Source: Eledone cirrhosa (Eukaryota). Taken from it: a stretch of DNA of 64,000 bases. The DNA is taken from the NCBI GenBank assembly GCA_964016885.1, contig OZ024744.1:16306001-16370000 (forward strand), written 5' to 3'. How positions within the stretch are numbered: the first letter of the stretch is position 1; each line of letters opens with the position of its first letter. A program made the position numbers and the translations under genes. The notes below the pieces were generated by a model. That model saw only the letters and a list, made by a program, of their open reading frames with translations, was not told the DNA's origin and searched no databases. Of this stretch, positions 36,200 to 50,600 are shown piece by piece.

Positions 36200-39100
36200 G
36201 GAGAAGGAGAGTATGAAGGAAGTTGGAGAAGGAGAGTATGAAGGAAGTTGGAGAAGGAGAGTATGAAGGAGGTTGGAGGAGGAGAGTATGAAGGAAGTTA
36301 GAGAAGGAGAATATGAAGGAAGTTGGAGAAGGAGAGTATGAAGTAAGTTGGAGAAAAAGAATATGAAGGAAGGTGTGGAAGAAGGTATGAAGGAAGTTGG
36401 AGAAGGAGAGTATGAAGAGAGTTGGAGAAGGAGAGTATGAAGGAAGTTGGAGAAGGAGAGTATGAAGGAAGTTGAAGAAGGAGAATATGAAGGAAGTTGG
36501 AGAAGGAGAGTATGAAGGAAGTTGGAGAAGGAGAGTATGAAGGAAGTTGAAGGAAGAGAATATGAAGGAAGTTGAAGAAGGAGAATATGAAGGAAGTTGA
36601 AGAAGGAGAGTATGAAGGAAGTTGAAGGAAGAAAATATGAAGGAAGTTGGAGAAGGAGAGTATGAAGGAAGTTGGGGAAGAATGTATTAAGGAAGTTGGA
36701 GAAGGAGAGTATGAAGGATGTTGGAGAAGGAGAGTATGAAGGAAGTTGGAGAAGGAGAGTTTGAAGGAAGTTGAAGAAGGAGAATATGAAGGAAGTTGGA
36801 GAAGGAGAGTATGAAGGAAGTTGAAGGAGGAGAACATGAAGGAATTTGAAGAAGGAGAATCTGAAGGAAGTTGGAGAAGGAGAGTATGAAGGAAGTTGAA
36901 GGAGGCGAATATGAAGGAAGTTGAAGGAGGAGAATATGAACGAATTTGGAGAAGGAGAGTATGAAGGAAGTTGGAGAATGAGAATCTGAAGGAAGTTGGA
37001 GAAGGAGAGTATGAAGGAAGTTGGAGAAGGAGAATCTGAAGGAAGTTGGAGAAGGAGAGTATGAAGGAAGTTGGAGAAGTAGAGTATGAAGAAAGTTGGA
37101 GAAGGAGAATAGGAATGAAGTTGTGGAAGAAGGTATGAAAGAAGTTAGAGAAGGATAGTATGAAAGAAGTTGGAGATGGAGAGTATGAAAGAAGTTGAGT
37201 AAGGAGAATATCAAGGAAGTTGGAGAAGGAGAGTGTGATTGAAGTTGGAGAAGGAGAGTATGAAGGAAGTTGGAGAAGGAGAATATGAAGGAAGTTGGAA
37301 AAGGAGAGTATGAAGGAGGTTGGAGGAGGAGAGTATGAAGGAAGTTGGAGATGGAGAATATGAAGGAAGTTGCAGAAGGATAATATGAGGGAAGTTGGAG
37401 AAGGAGTGAATGAAGGAAGTTGGAGAAGTAGAATATGAAGGAAGTTGAAGGAGGAGAATATGAAGGAAGTTGAAGAAGGAGAATATGAAGGAATTTGCAG
37501 AAGGAGAGTATGAAGGAAGTTGGAGAAGGAGAGTATGAAGGAAGTTGGAGAAGGAGAGTATGAAGGAGGTTGGAGGAGGAGAGTATGAAGGAAGTTGGAG
37601 AAGAAGAGTATGAAGGAAGTTGAAGGAAGAAAATATGAAGGAAGTTGGAGGAGGAGAATATGAAGGAAGTTGGAGAAGGTGAATAAGAAGGAAGTTGGAG
37701 AAGGAGAGTATGAAGTAAGTTGGAGAAAAAGAATATGAAGGAAGTTGGAGAAGAAGAGTATGAAGGAAGTTGAAGGAAGAAAATATGAAGGAAGTTGGAG
37801 GAGGAGAATATGAAGGAAGTTGGAGAAGGAGAATATGAAGGAAGTTGAAGAAGGAGAGTATGAAGGAATTTGGAGAAGGAGAGCATGAAGGATGTTGAAG
37901 GAAGAAAATATGAAGGAAGTTGGAGAAGGAGAGTATGAAGGAAGTTGGGGAAGGAGAGTATGAAGGAAGTTGGAGAAGGAGAGTATGAAGGAAGTTGGAG
38001 AAGGAGAGTATGAAGGAAGTTGAAGAAGGAGAATATGAAGGAAGTTGGAGAAGGGGAGTATGAAGGAAGTTGAAGGAGGAGAAGATGTAGGAAGTTGAAG
38101 GAGGAGAATATGAACGAATTTGGAGAAGGAGAGTATGAAGGAAGTTGGAGAATGAGAATCTGAAGGAAGTTGGAGAAGGAGAGTATGAAGGAAGTTGGAG
38201 AAGGAGAATCTGAAGGAAGTTGGAGAAGGAGAGTATGAAGGAAGTTGAAGAAGGAGAATCTGAAGGAAGTTGGAGAAGTAGAGTATGAAGGAAGTTGGGG
38301 GAGGAGAATATGAAGGAAGTTGAAGGAGGAGAATATGAACGAAGTTGAAGAAGGAGAATATGAAGGAAGTTGAAGGGGGAGAATATGAAGGAAGTTGAAG
38401 AAGGAGAATCAGAAGGAAGTTGGAGAAGGAGAGAATGAAGGAAGTTGGAGAAGGAGAGTATGAAGGAAGTTGGAGAAGGAGAGTATGAAGGAAGTTGAAG
38501 AAGGAGAATATGAAGGAAGTTGAAGGAGGAGAGTATGAAGGAAGTTGGAGAAGGAGAGTATGAAAGAAGTTGAAGGAAGAGAATATGAAGGAAGTGGAAG
38601 AAGGAGAATGTGAAGGAAGTTGAAGAAGGAGAGTATGAAGGAAGTTGAAGGAAGAAAATATGAAGGAATTTGGAGGAGGAGAATATGATGGAAGTTGGAG
38701 AAGGAGAATATGAAGGAAGTTGAAGAAGGAGAGTATGAAGGAATTTGGAGAAGGAGAGTATGAAGGAAGTTGAAGGAAGAAAATATGAAGGAAGTTGGAG
38801 AAGGAGAGTATGAAGGAAGTTGGGGAAGGAGAGTATGAAGGAAGTTGGAGAAGGAGAGTATGAAGGAAGTTGGAGAAGGAGAGTATGAAGGAAGTTGGAG
38901 AAGGAGAGTATGAAGGAAGTTGAAGAAGGAGAATATGAAGGAAGTTGGAGAAGAAGAGTATGAAGGAAGTTGAAGGAGGAGAACATGAAGGAAGTTGAAG
39001 AAGGAGAATCTGAAGGAAGTTGGAGAAGGAGAGTATGAAGGAAGTTGAAGGAGGAGAATATGAAGGAAGTTGAAGGAGGAGAATATGAACGAATTTGGAG

Positions 39101-42100
39101 AAGGAGAGTATGAAGGAAGTTGGAGAATGAGAATCTGAAGGAAGTTGGAGAAGGAGAGTATGAAGGAAGTTGTCGAAGGAGAATCTGAAAGAAGTTGGAG
39201 AAGGAGAGTATGAAGGAAGTTGAAGAAGGCGAATCTGAAGGAAGTTGGAGAAGGAGAGTATGGAGGAAGTTGGGGGAGGAGAATATGAAGGAAGTTGAAG
39301 GAGGAGAATATGAACGAAGTTGAAGAAGGAGAATATGAAGGAAGTTGAAGAAGGAGAATATGAAGGAAGTTGGAGAAGGAGAGTATGAAGGAAGTTGAAG
39401 GAGGAGAATATGAAGGAAGTTGAAGGAGGAGAATATGAACGAAGTTGAAGAAGGAGAATATGAAGGAAGTTGAAGGAGAAGTATATGAAGGAAGTTGAAG
39501 AAGGAGAATCTGAAGGAAGTTGGAGAAAGAGAGTATGAAGGAAGTTGAAGAAGGAGAATCTGAAGGAAGTTGGAAAAGGAGAGTATTAAGGAAGTTGGAG
39601 AAGGAGAATATGAAGGAAGTTGGAGAAGGAGAGTATGAAGGCAGTTGAAGAAGGAAAATCTGAAGGAAGTTGGAGGAGAGTATGAAGGAAGTTGGAGAAG
39701 GAGAATATGAAGGAAGTTGAAGGAGGAGAATATAAACGAATTTGGAGAAGGAGAGTATGAAGGAAGTTGGAGAATGAGAATCTGAAGGAAGTTGGAGAAG
39801 GAGAGTATGAAGGAAGTTGGGGAGGAGAATATGAAGGAAGTTGAAGGAGGAGAATATGAACGAAGTTGAAGAAGGAGAATATGAAGGAAGTTGAAGGGGG
39901 AGAATATGAAGGAAGTTGAAGAAGGAGAATCAGAAGGAAGTTGGAGAATGAGAATCTGAAGGAAGTTGAAGAAGGAGAATCTGAAAGATGTTGGAGAAGG
40001 AGAGTAGTAAGGAAGTTGGAGAAGGAGAATCTGAAGGAAGTTGGAGAAGGAGAGTATGAAGGAAGTTGAAGGAGAAGTATATGAAGGAAGTTGAAGAAGG
40101 AGAATCTGAAGGAAGTTGGAAAAGGAGAGTATTAAGGAAGTTGGAGAAGGAGAATATGAAGGAAGTTGGAGAAGGAGAGTATGAAGGCAGTTGAAGAAGG
40201 AAAATCTGAAGGAAGTTGGAGGAGAGTATGAAGGAAGTTGGAGAAGGAGAATATGAAGGAAGTTGAAGGAGGAGAATATAAACGAATTTGGAGAAGGAGA
40301 GTATGAAGGAAGTTGGAGAATGAGAATCTGAAGGAAGTTGGAGAAGGAGAGTATGAAGGAAGTTGGAGAAGGAGAATCTGAAGGAAGTTGGAGAAGGAGA
40401 GTATGAAGGAAGTTGGAGAAGGAGAGTATGAAGGAAGTTGGAGAAGGAGAGTATGAAGGAGGTTGGAGGAGGAGAGTATGAAGGAAGTTAGAGAAGGAGA
40501 ATATGAAGGAAGTTGGAGAAGGAGAGTATGAAGTAAGTTGGAGAAAAAGAATATGAAGGAAGGTGTGGAAGAAGGTATGAAGGAAGTTGGAGAAGGAGAG
40601 TATGAAGAGAGTTGGAGAAGGAGAGTATGAAGGAAGTTGGAGAAGGAGAGTATGAAGGAAGTTGAAGAAGGAGAATATGAAGGAAGTTGGAGAAGGAGAG
40701 TATGAAGGAAGTTGGAGAAGGAGAGTATGAAGGAAGTTGAAGGAAGAGAATATGAAGGAAGTTGAAGAAGGAGAATATGAAGGAAGTTGAAGAAGGAGAG
40801 TATGAAGGAAGTTGAAGGAAGAAAATATGAAGGAAGTTGGAGAAGGAGAGTATGAAGGAAGTTGGGGAAGAATGTATTAAGGAAGTTGGAGAAGGAGAGT
40901 ATGAAGGATGTTGGAGAAGGAGAGTATGAAGGAAGTTGGAGAAGGAGAGTTTGAAGGAAGTTGAAGAAGGAGAATATGAAGGAAGTTGGAGAAGGAGAGT
41001 ATGAAGGAAGTTGAAGGAGGAGAACATGAAGGAATTTGAAGAAGGAGAATCTGAAGGAAGTTGGAGAAGGAGAGTATGAAGGAAGTTGAAGGAGGCGAAT
41101 ATGAAGGAAGTTGAAGGAGGAGAATATGAACGAATTTGGAGAAGGAGAGTATGAAGGAAGTTGGAGAATGAGAATCTGAAGGAAGTTGGAGAAGGAGAGT
41201 ATGAAGGAAGTTGGAGAAGGAGAATCTGAAGGAAGTTGGAGAAGGAGAGTATGAAGGAAGTTGGAGAAGTAGAGTATGAAGAAAGTTGGAGAAGGAGAAT
41301 AGGAATGAAGTTGTGGAAGAAGGTATGAAAGAAGTTGGAGAAGGAGATAATGAAGGAAGTTGAAGGAGGAGAATATGAAGGAAGTTGAAGAAGGAAAATA
41401 TGAAAGAAGTTGGAGAAGGAGAGTATGCAGGAAGTTAGAGAAGGATAGTATGAAAGAAGTTGGAGATGGAGAGTATGAAAGAAGTTGAGTAAGGAGAATA
41501 TCAAGGAAGTTGGAGAAGGAGAGTGTGATTGAAGTTGGAGAAGGAGAGTATGAAGGAAGTTGGAGAAGGAGAATATGAAGGAAGTTGGAAAAGGAGAGTA
41601 TGAAGGAGGTTGGAGGAGGAGAGTATGAAGGAAGTTGGAGATGGAGAATATGAAGGAAGTTGCAGAAGGATAATATGAGGGAAGTTGGAGAAGGAGTGAA
41701 TGAAGGAAGTTGGAGAAGTAGAATATGAAGGAAGTTGAAGGAGGAGAATATGAAGGAAGTTGAAGAAGGAGAATATGAAGGAATTTGCAGAAGGAGAGTA
41801 TGAAGGAAGTTGGAGAAGGAGAGTATGAAGGAAGTTGGAGAAGGAGAGTATGAAGGAGGTTGGAGGAGGAGAGTATGAAGGAAGTTGGAGAAGAAGAGTA
41901 TGAAGGAAGTTGAAGGAAGAAAATATGAAGGAAGTTGGAGGAGGAGAATATGAAGGAAGTTGGAGAAGGTGAATAAGAAGGAAGTTGGAGAAGGAGAGTA
42001 TGAAGTAAGTTGGAGAAAAAGAATATGAAGGAAGTTGGAGAAGAAGAGTATGAAGGAAGTTGAAGGAAGAAAATATGAAGGAAGTTGGAGGAGGAGAATA

Positions 42101-44690
42101 TGAAGGAAGTTGGAGAAGGAGAATATGAAGGAAGTTGAAGAAGGAGAGTATGAAGGAATTTGGAGAAGGAGAGTATGAAGGATGTTGAAGGAAGAAAATA
42201 TGAAGGAAGTTGGAGAAGGAGAGTATGAAGGAAGTTGGGGAAGGAGAGTATGAAGGAAGTTGGAGAAGGAGAGTATGAAGGAAGTTGGAGAAGGAGAGTA
42301 TGAAGGAAGTTGAAGAAGGAGAATATGAAGGAAGTTGGAGAAGGGGAGTATGAAGGAAGTTGAAGGAGGAGAAGATGAAGGAAGTTGAAGGAGGAGAATA
42401 TGAACGAATTTGGAGAAGGAGAGTATGAAGGAAGTTGGAGAATGAGAATCTGAAGGAAGTTGGAGAAGGAGAGTATGAAGGAAGTTGGAGAAGGAGAATC
42501 TGAAGGAAGTTGGAGAAGGAGAGTATGAAGGAAGTTGAAGAAGGAGAATCTGAAGGAAGTTGGAGAAGTAGAGTATGAAGGAAGTTGGGGGAGGAGAATA
42601 TGAAGGAAGTTGAAGGAGGAGAATATGAACGAAGTTGAAGAAGGAGAATATGAAGGAAGTTGAAGGGGGAGAATATGAAGGAAGTTGAAGAAGGAGAATC
42701 AGAAGGAAGTTGGAGAAGGAGAGAATGAAGGAAGTTGGAGAAGGAGAGTATGAAGGAAGTTGGAGAAGGAGAGTATGAAGGAAGTTGAAGAAGGAGAATA
42801 TGAAGGAAGTTGAAGGAGGAGAGTATGAAGGAAGTTGGAGAAGGAGAGTATGAAAGAAGTTGAAGGAAGAGAATATGAAGGAAGTGGAAGAAGGAGAATG
42901 TGAAGGAAGTTGAAGAAGGAGAGTATGAAGGAAGTTGAAGGAAGAAAATATGAAGGAATTTGGAGGAGGAGAATATGATGGAAGTTGGAGAAGGAGAATA
43001 TGAAGGAAGTTGAAGAAGGAGAGTATGAAGGAATTTGGAGAAGGAGAGTATGAAGGAAGTTGAAGGAAGAAAATATGAAGGAAGTTGGAGAAGGAGAGTA
43101 TGAAGGAAGTTGGGGAAGGAGAGTATGAAGGAAGTTGGAGAAGGAGAGTATGAAGGAAGTTGGAGAAGGAGAGTATGAAGGAAGTTGGAGAAGGAGAGTA
43201 TGAAGGAAGTTGAAGAAGGAGAATATGAAGGAAGTTGGAGAAGAAGAGTATGAAGGAAGTTGAAGGAGGAGAACATGAAGGAAGTTGAAGAAGGAGAATC
43301 TGAAGGAAGTTGGAGAAGGAGAGTATGAAGGAAGTTGAAGGAGGAGAATATGAAGGAAGTTGAAGGAGGAGAATATGAACGAATTTGGAGAAGGAGAGTA
43401 TGAAGGAAGTTGGAGAATGAGAATCTGAAGGAAGTTGGAGAAGGAGAGTATGAAGGAAGTTGTCGAAGGAGAATCTGAAAGAAGTTGGAGAAGGAGAGTA
43501 TGAAGGAAGTTGAAGAAGGCGAATCTGAAGGAAGTTGGAGAAGGAGAGTATGGAGGAAGTTGGGGGAGGAGAATATGAAGGAAGTTGAAGGAGGAGAATA
43601 TGAACGAAGTTGAAGAAGGAGAATATGAAGGAAGTTGAAGAAGGAGAATATGAAGGAAGTTGGAGAAGGAGAGTATGAAGGAAGTTGAAGGAGGAGAATA
43701 TGAAGGAAGTTGAAGGAGGAGAATATGAACGAAGTTGAAGAAGGAGAATATGAAGGAAGTTGAAGGAGAAGTATATGAAGGAAGTTGAAGAAGGAGAATC
43801 TGAAGGAAGTTGGAGAAAGAGAGTATGAAGGAAGTTGAAGAAGGAGAATCTGAAGGAAGTTGGAAAAGGAGAGTATTAAGGAAGTTGGAGAAGGAGAATA
43901 TGAAGGAAGTTGGAGAAGGAGAGTATGAAGGCAGTTGAAGAAGGAAAATCTGAAGGAAGTTGGAGGAGAGTATGAAGGAAGTTGGAGAAGGAGAATATGA
44001 AGGAAGTTGAAGGAGGAGAATATAAACGAATTTGGAGAAGGAGAGTATGAAGGAAGTTGGAGAATGAGAATCTGAAGGAAGTTGGAGAAGGAGAGTATGA
44101 AGGAAGTTGGGGAGGAGAATATGAAGGAAGTTGAAGGAGGAGAATATGAACGAAGTTGAAGAAGGAGAATATGAAGGAAGTTGAAGGGGGAGAATATGAA
44201 GGAAGTTGAAGAAGGAGAATCAGAAGGAAGTTGGAGAATGAGAATCTGAAGGAAGTTGAAGAAGGAGAATCTGAAAGATGTTGGAGAAGGAGAGTAGTAA
44301 GGAAGTTGGAGAAGGAGAATCTGAAGGAAGTTGGAGAAGGAGAGTATGAAGGAAGTTGAAGGAGAAGTATATGAAGGAAGTTGAAGAAGGAGAATCTGAA
44401 GGAAGTTGGAAAAGGAGAGTATTAAGGAAGTTGGAGAAGGAGAATATGAAGGAAGTTGGAGAAGGAGAGTATGAAGGCAGTTGAAGAAGGAAAATCTGAA
44501 GGAAGTTGGAGGAGAGTATGAAGGAAGTTGGAGAAGGAGAATATGAAGGAAGTTGAAGGAGGAGAATATAAACGAATTTGGAGAAGGAGAGTATGAAGGA
44601 AGTTGGAGAATGAGAATCTGAAGGAAGTTGGAGAAGGAGAGTATGAAGGAAGTTGGAGAAGGAGAATCTGAAGGAAGTTGGAGAAGGAGA
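36200..44690 (+). repeat. Direct tandem duplication of ~4.2-4.3 kb (about 36200-40400 and 40400-44690)
   Basis: GGTTGGAGGA at 36271/40461 (offset 4190). GAAGTGGAAG at 38591/42881 and TGTCGAAGGA at 39171/43461 (offset 4290). The second copy has 4 extra monomers at about 41333-41432. Confidence 0.9.
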
Positions 44691-47600
44691 GTATGAAAGA
44701 AGTTGGAGAAGTAGAGTATGAAGAAAGTTGGAGAAGGAGAATAGGAATAAAGTTGTGGAAGAAGGTATGAAAGAAGTTGGAGAAGGAGAATATGAAGGAA
44801 GTTGAAGGAGGAGAATATGAAGGAAGTTAGAAAAGGAGAGTATGAAGGAAGTTGGAGATGGAGAGTATGAAAGAAGTTGAATAAGGAGAATATCAAGGAA
44901 GTTGGAGAAGGAGAGTGTGATTGAAGTTGGAGAAGGAGAGTATGAAGGAAGTTGGAGAAGGAGAATATGAAGGAAGTTGGAAAAGGAGAGTAAGAAGGAG
45001 GTTGGAAGAGGAGAGTATGAAGGAAGTTGGAGATGGAGGATATGAAGGAAGTTGGAGAAGGATAATATGAGGGAAGTTGGAGAAGGAGTGTATGAAGGAA
45101 GTTGGAGAAGTAGAATCTGAAAGAAGTTGGAGAAGGAGAGTATGAAGGAAGTTGAAGAAGGCGAATCTGAAGGAAGTTGGAGAAGGAGAGTATGGAGGAA
45201 GTTGGGGGAGGAGAATATGAAGGAAGTTGAAGGAGGAGAATATGAACGAAGTTGAAGAAGGAGAATATGAAGGAAGTTGAAGGGGGAGAATATGAAGGAA
45301 GTTGAAGAAGGAGAATCAGAAGGAAGTTCGAGGAGGAGAGAATGAAGGAAGTTGAAGAAGGAGAATCTGAAAGATGTTGGAGAAGGAGAATAGTAAGGAA
45401 GTTGGAGAAGGAGAATCTGAAGGAAGTTGGAGAAGGAGAGTCTGAAGGAAGTTGAAGGAGGAGAATATGAAGGAAGTTGAAGGAGGAGAAAATGAACGAA
45501 GTTGAAGAAGGAGAATATGAAGGAAGTTGAAGGGGGAGAATATGAAGGAAGTTGAAGAAGGAGAATCAGAAGGAAGTTGGAGAAGGAGAGAATGAAGGAA
45601 GTTGGAGAAGGAGAGTATGAAGGAAGTTGGAGAAGGAGAGTATGAAGGAAGTTGAAGAAGGAGAATATGAAGGAAGTTGAAGGAGGAGAGTATGAAGGAA
45701 GTTGGAGAAGGAGAATATGAAAGAAGTTGAAGGAAGAGAATATGAAGGAAGTTGAAGAAGGAGAATGTGAAGGAAGTTGAAGAAGGAGAGTATGAAGGAA
45801 GTTGAAGGAAGAAAATATGAAGGAATTTGGAGGAGGAGAATATGATGGAAGTTGGAGAAGGAGAATATGAAGGAAGTTGAAGAAGGAGAGTATGAAGGAA
45901 TTTGGAGAAGGAGAGTATGAAGGAAGTTGAAGGAAGAAAATATGAAGGAAGTTGGAGAAGGAGAGTATGAAGGAAGTTGGGGAAGGAGAGTATGAAGGAA
46001 GTTGGAGAAGGAGAGTATGAAGGAAGTTGGAGAAGGAGAGTATGAAGGAAGTTGGAGAAGGAGAGTATGAAGGAAGTTGAAGAAGGAGAATATGAAGGAA
46101 GTTGGAGAAGAAGAGTATGAAGGAAGTTGAAGGAGGAGAACATGAAGGAAGTTGAAGGAGGAGAATATGAACGAATTTGGAGAAGGAGAGTATGAAGGAA
46201 GTTGGAGAATGAGAATCTGAAGGAAGTTGGAGAAGGAGAGTATGAAGGAAGTTGTCGAAGGAGAATCTGAAAGAAGTTGGAGAAGGAGAGTATGAAGGAA
46301 GTTGAAGAAGGCGAATCTGAAGGAAGTTGGAGAAGGAGAGTATGGAGGAAGTTGGGGTGGAGAATATGAAGGAAGTTGAAGGAGGAGAATATGAACGAAG
46401 TTGAAGAAGGAGAATATGAAGGAAGTTGAAGGGGGAGAATATGAAGGAAGTTGAAGAAGGAGAATCAGAAGGAAGTTGGAGGAGGAGAGAATGAAGGAAG
46501 TTGAAGAAGGAGAATCTGAAAGATGTTGGAGAAGGAGAGTAGTAAGGAAGTTGGAGAAGGAGAATCTGAAGGAAGTTTGAGAAGGAGAGTATGAAGGAAG
46601 TTGAAGGAGGAGAATATGAAGGCAGTTGAAGGAGGAGAATATGAACGAAGTTGAAGAAGGAGAATATGAAGGAAGTTGAAGGAGAAGTATATGAAGGAAG
46701 TTGAAGAAGGAGAATCTGAAGGAAGTTGGAGAAAGAGAGTATGAAGGAAGTTGAAGAAGGAGAATCTGAAGGAAGTTGGAAAAGGAGAGTATTAAGGAAG
46801 TTGGAGAAGGAGAATATGAAGGAAGTTGGAGAAGGAGAGTATGAAGGCAGTTGAAGAAGGAAAATCTGAAGGAAGTTGGAGGAGAGTATGAAGGAAGTTG
46901 GAGAAGGAGAATATGAAGGAAGTTGAAGGAGGAGAATATAAACGAATTTGGAGAAGGAGAGTATGAAGGAAGTTGGAGAATGAGAATCTGAAGGAAGTTG
47001 GAGAAGGAGAGTATGAAGGAAGTTGGGGAGGAGAATATGAAGGAAGTTGAAGGAGGAGAATATGAACGAAGTTGAAGAAGGAGAATATGAAGAAAGTTGA
47101 AGGGGGAGAATATGAAGGAAGTTGAAGAAGGAGAATCAGAAGGAAGTTGGAGAAGGAGAGAATGAAGGAAGTTGAAGAAGGAGAATCTGAAAGATGTTGG
47201 AGAAGGAGAGTAGTAAGGAAGTTGGAGAAGGAGAATCTGAAGGAAGTTGGAGAAGGAGAGTATGAAGGAAGTTGAAGGAGAAGTATATGAAGGAAGTTGA
47301 AGAAGGAGAATCTGAAGGAAGTTGGAGAAAGAGAGTATGAAGGAAGTTGAAGAAGGAGAATCTGAAGGAAGTTGTAAAAGGAGAGTATTAAGGAAGTTGG
47401 AGAAGGAGAATATGAAGGAAGTTGGAGAAGGAGAGTATGAAGGCAGTTGAAGAAGGAAAATCTGAAGGAAGTTGGAGGAGAGTATGAAGGAAGTTGGAGA
47501 AGGAGAATATGAAGGAAGTTGAAGGAGGAGAATATAAACGAATTTGGAGAAGGAGAGTATGAAGGAAGTTGGAGAATGAGAATCTGAAGGAAGTTGGAGA

Positions 47601-50600
47601 AGGAGAGTATGAAGGAAGTTGGAGAAGGAGAATCTGAAGGAAGTTGGAGAAGGAGAGTATGAAGGAAGTTGGAGAAGTAGAGTATGAAGAAAGTTGGAGA
47701 AGGAGAATAGGAATGAAGTTGAAGGAGGAGAATATGAAGGAAGTTAGAAAAGGAGAGTATGAAGGAAGTTGGAGATGGAGAGTATGAAAGAAGTTGAATA
47801 AGGAGAATATCAAGGAAGTTGGAGAAGGAGAGTGTGATTGAAGTTGGAGAAGGAGAGTATGAAGGAAGTTGGAGAAGGAGAATATGAAGGAAGTTGGAAA
47901 AGGAGAGTAAGAAGGAGGTTGGAAGAGGAGAGTATGAAGGAAGTTGGAGATGGAGGATATGAAGGAAGTTGGAGAAGGATAATATGAGGGAAGTTGGAGA
48001 AGGAGTGTATGAAGGAAGTTGGAGAAGTAGAATATGAAGGAAGTTGAAGGAGGAGAATATGAAGGAAATTGAAGAAGAAGAATATGAAGGAATTTGGAGA
48101 AGGAGAGTATGAAGGAAGTTGGAGAAGGAGAGTATGAAGGAAGTTGGAGAAGGAGAGTATGAAGGAGGTTGGAGGAGGAGAGTATGAAGGAAGTTAGAGA
48201 AGGAGAATAAGAAGGAAGTTGGAGAAGGAGAGTATGAAGTAAGTTGGAGAAAAAGAATATGAAGGAAGGTGTGGAATAAGGTATGAAGGAAGTTGGAGAA
48301 GGAGAGTATGAAGGAAGTTGGAGAAGGAGAGTATGAAGGAAGTTGGAGAAGGAGAGTATGAAGGAAGATGAAGAAGGAGAATATGAAGAAAGTTGGAGAA
48401 GGAGAGTATGAAGGAAGTTGGAGAAGGAGAGTATGAAGGAAGTTGAAGGAAGAGAATATGAAGGAAGTTGAAGAAGGAGAATATGAAGGAAGTTGAAGAA
48501 GGAGAGTATGAAGGAAGTTGAAGGAAGAAAATATGAAGGAAGTTGGAGGAGGAGAATATGAAGGAAGTTGGAGAAGGAGAATATGAAGGAAGTTGAAGAA
48601 GGAGAGTATGAAGGAATTTGGAGAAGGAGAGTATGAAGGATGTTGAAGGAAGAAAATATGAAGGAAGTTGGAGAAGGAGAGTATGAAGGAAGTTGGGGAA
48701 GGAGAGTATGAAGGAAGTTGGAGAAGGAGAGTATGAAGGAAGTTGGAGAAGGAGAGTATGAAGGAAGTTGAAGAAGGAGAATATGAAGGAAGTTGGAGAA
48801 GGAGAGTATGAAGGAAGTTGAAGGAGGAGAAGATGAAGGAAGTTGAAGGAGGAGAATATGAACGAATTTGGAGAAGGAGAGTATGAAGGAAGTTGGAGAA
48901 TGAGAATCTGAAGGAAGTTGGAGAAGGAGAGTATGAAGGAAGTTGGAGAAGGAGAATCTGAAGGAAGTTGGAGAAGGAGAGTATGAAGGAAGTTGAAGAA
49001 GGAGAATGTGAAGGAAGTTGGAGAAGGAGAGTATGAAGGAAGTTGGGGGAGGAGAATATGAAGGAAGTTGAAGGAGGAGAATATGAACGAAGTTGAAGAA
49101 GGAGAATATGAAGGAAGTTGAAGGGGGAGAATATGAAGGAAGTTGAAGAAGGAGAATCAGAAGGAAGTTGGAGAAGGAGAGAATGAAGGAATTTGAAGAA
49201 GGAGAATCTGAAAGATGTTGGAGAAGGAGAGTACTAAGGAAGTTGGAGAATGAGAATCTGAAGGAAGTTGGAGAAGGAGAGTATGAAGGAAGTTGAAGGA
49301 GAAGTATATGAAGGAAGTTGAAGAAGGAGAATCTGAAGGAAGTTGGAGAAAGAGAGTATGAAGGAAGTTGAAGAAGGAGAATCTGAAGGAAGTTGGAAAA
49401 GGAGAGTATGAAGGAAGTTGGAGAAGGAGAATATGAAGGAAGTTGGAGAAGGAGAGTATGAAGAAAGTTGAAGAAGGAAAATCTGAAGGAAGTTGGAGGA
49501 GAGTATGAAGGAAGTTGGAGAAGGAGAATATGAAGGAAGTTGAAGAAGGAGAATATAAACGAATTTGGAGAAGGAGAGTATGAAGGAAGTTGGAGAATGA
49601 GAATCTGAAGGAAGTTGGAGAAGGAGAGTATGAAGGAAGTTGGAGAAGGAGAATCTGAAGGAAGTTGGAGAAGGAGAGTATGAAGGAAGTTGAAGGAGAA
49701 GAATATGAAGGAAGTTGAAGGAGAATCTGAAGGAAGTTGGAGAAGGAGAGTATGAAGGAAGTTGAAGAAGGAGAATCTGAAGGAAGTTGGAGATGGAGAG
49801 TATGGAGGAAGTTAGAGAAGGAGAATATGAAGGAAATTGAAGGAAGAGAATATGAACGAAGTTGGAGAAGGAGAATATGAAGGAAGTTGAAGGAGGAGAA
49901 TATGAAGGAAGTTGAAGAAGGAGAATCAGAAGGAAGTTGGAGAAGGAGAGTATGAAGGAAGTTGAAGAAGGAGAATCTGAAAGAAGTTGGAGAAGGAGAG
50001 TATGAAGGAAGTTGGAGATGGAAAATCTGAAGGAAGTTGGAGAAAGAGAGTATGAAGGAATTTGAAGGAGAAGAATATGAAGGAAGTTGAAGAAGGAGAA
50101 TCTGAAGGAAGTTGGAGAAGGAGAGCATGAATGAAGTTGAAGAAGGAGAATCTGAAGGAAGTTGGAGAAAGAGAGTATGAAGGAAGTTGAAGGAATATAT
50201 GAACGAAGTTGGAGATGGAGAATATGAAGAAAGTTGAAGTAGGAGAATATGAAGTAAGTTGAAGAAGGAGAATCAGCAGAAGGAAGTTGGAGAAGGAGAG
50301 TATGAAGGAAGTTGGAGAAGGAGAATATGAAGTACGTTGAAGAAGGAGAATCAGAAGGAAGTTGGAGAAGGAGAGTATGAAGGAAGTTGGAGAAGGAGAG
50401 TATGAAGGAAGTTGGAGAACGAGAGTATGAAGGAAGTTGAAGAAGGAGAATATGAAGGAAGTTGGAGAAGGAGAGTATGAAGGAAGTTGGAGAAGGAGAG
50501 TATGAAGGAAGTTGAAGGAAGAGAATATGAAGGAAGTTGAAGAAGGAGAATGTGAAGGAAGTTGAAGAAGGAGAGTATGAAGGAAGTTGAAGGAAGAAAA

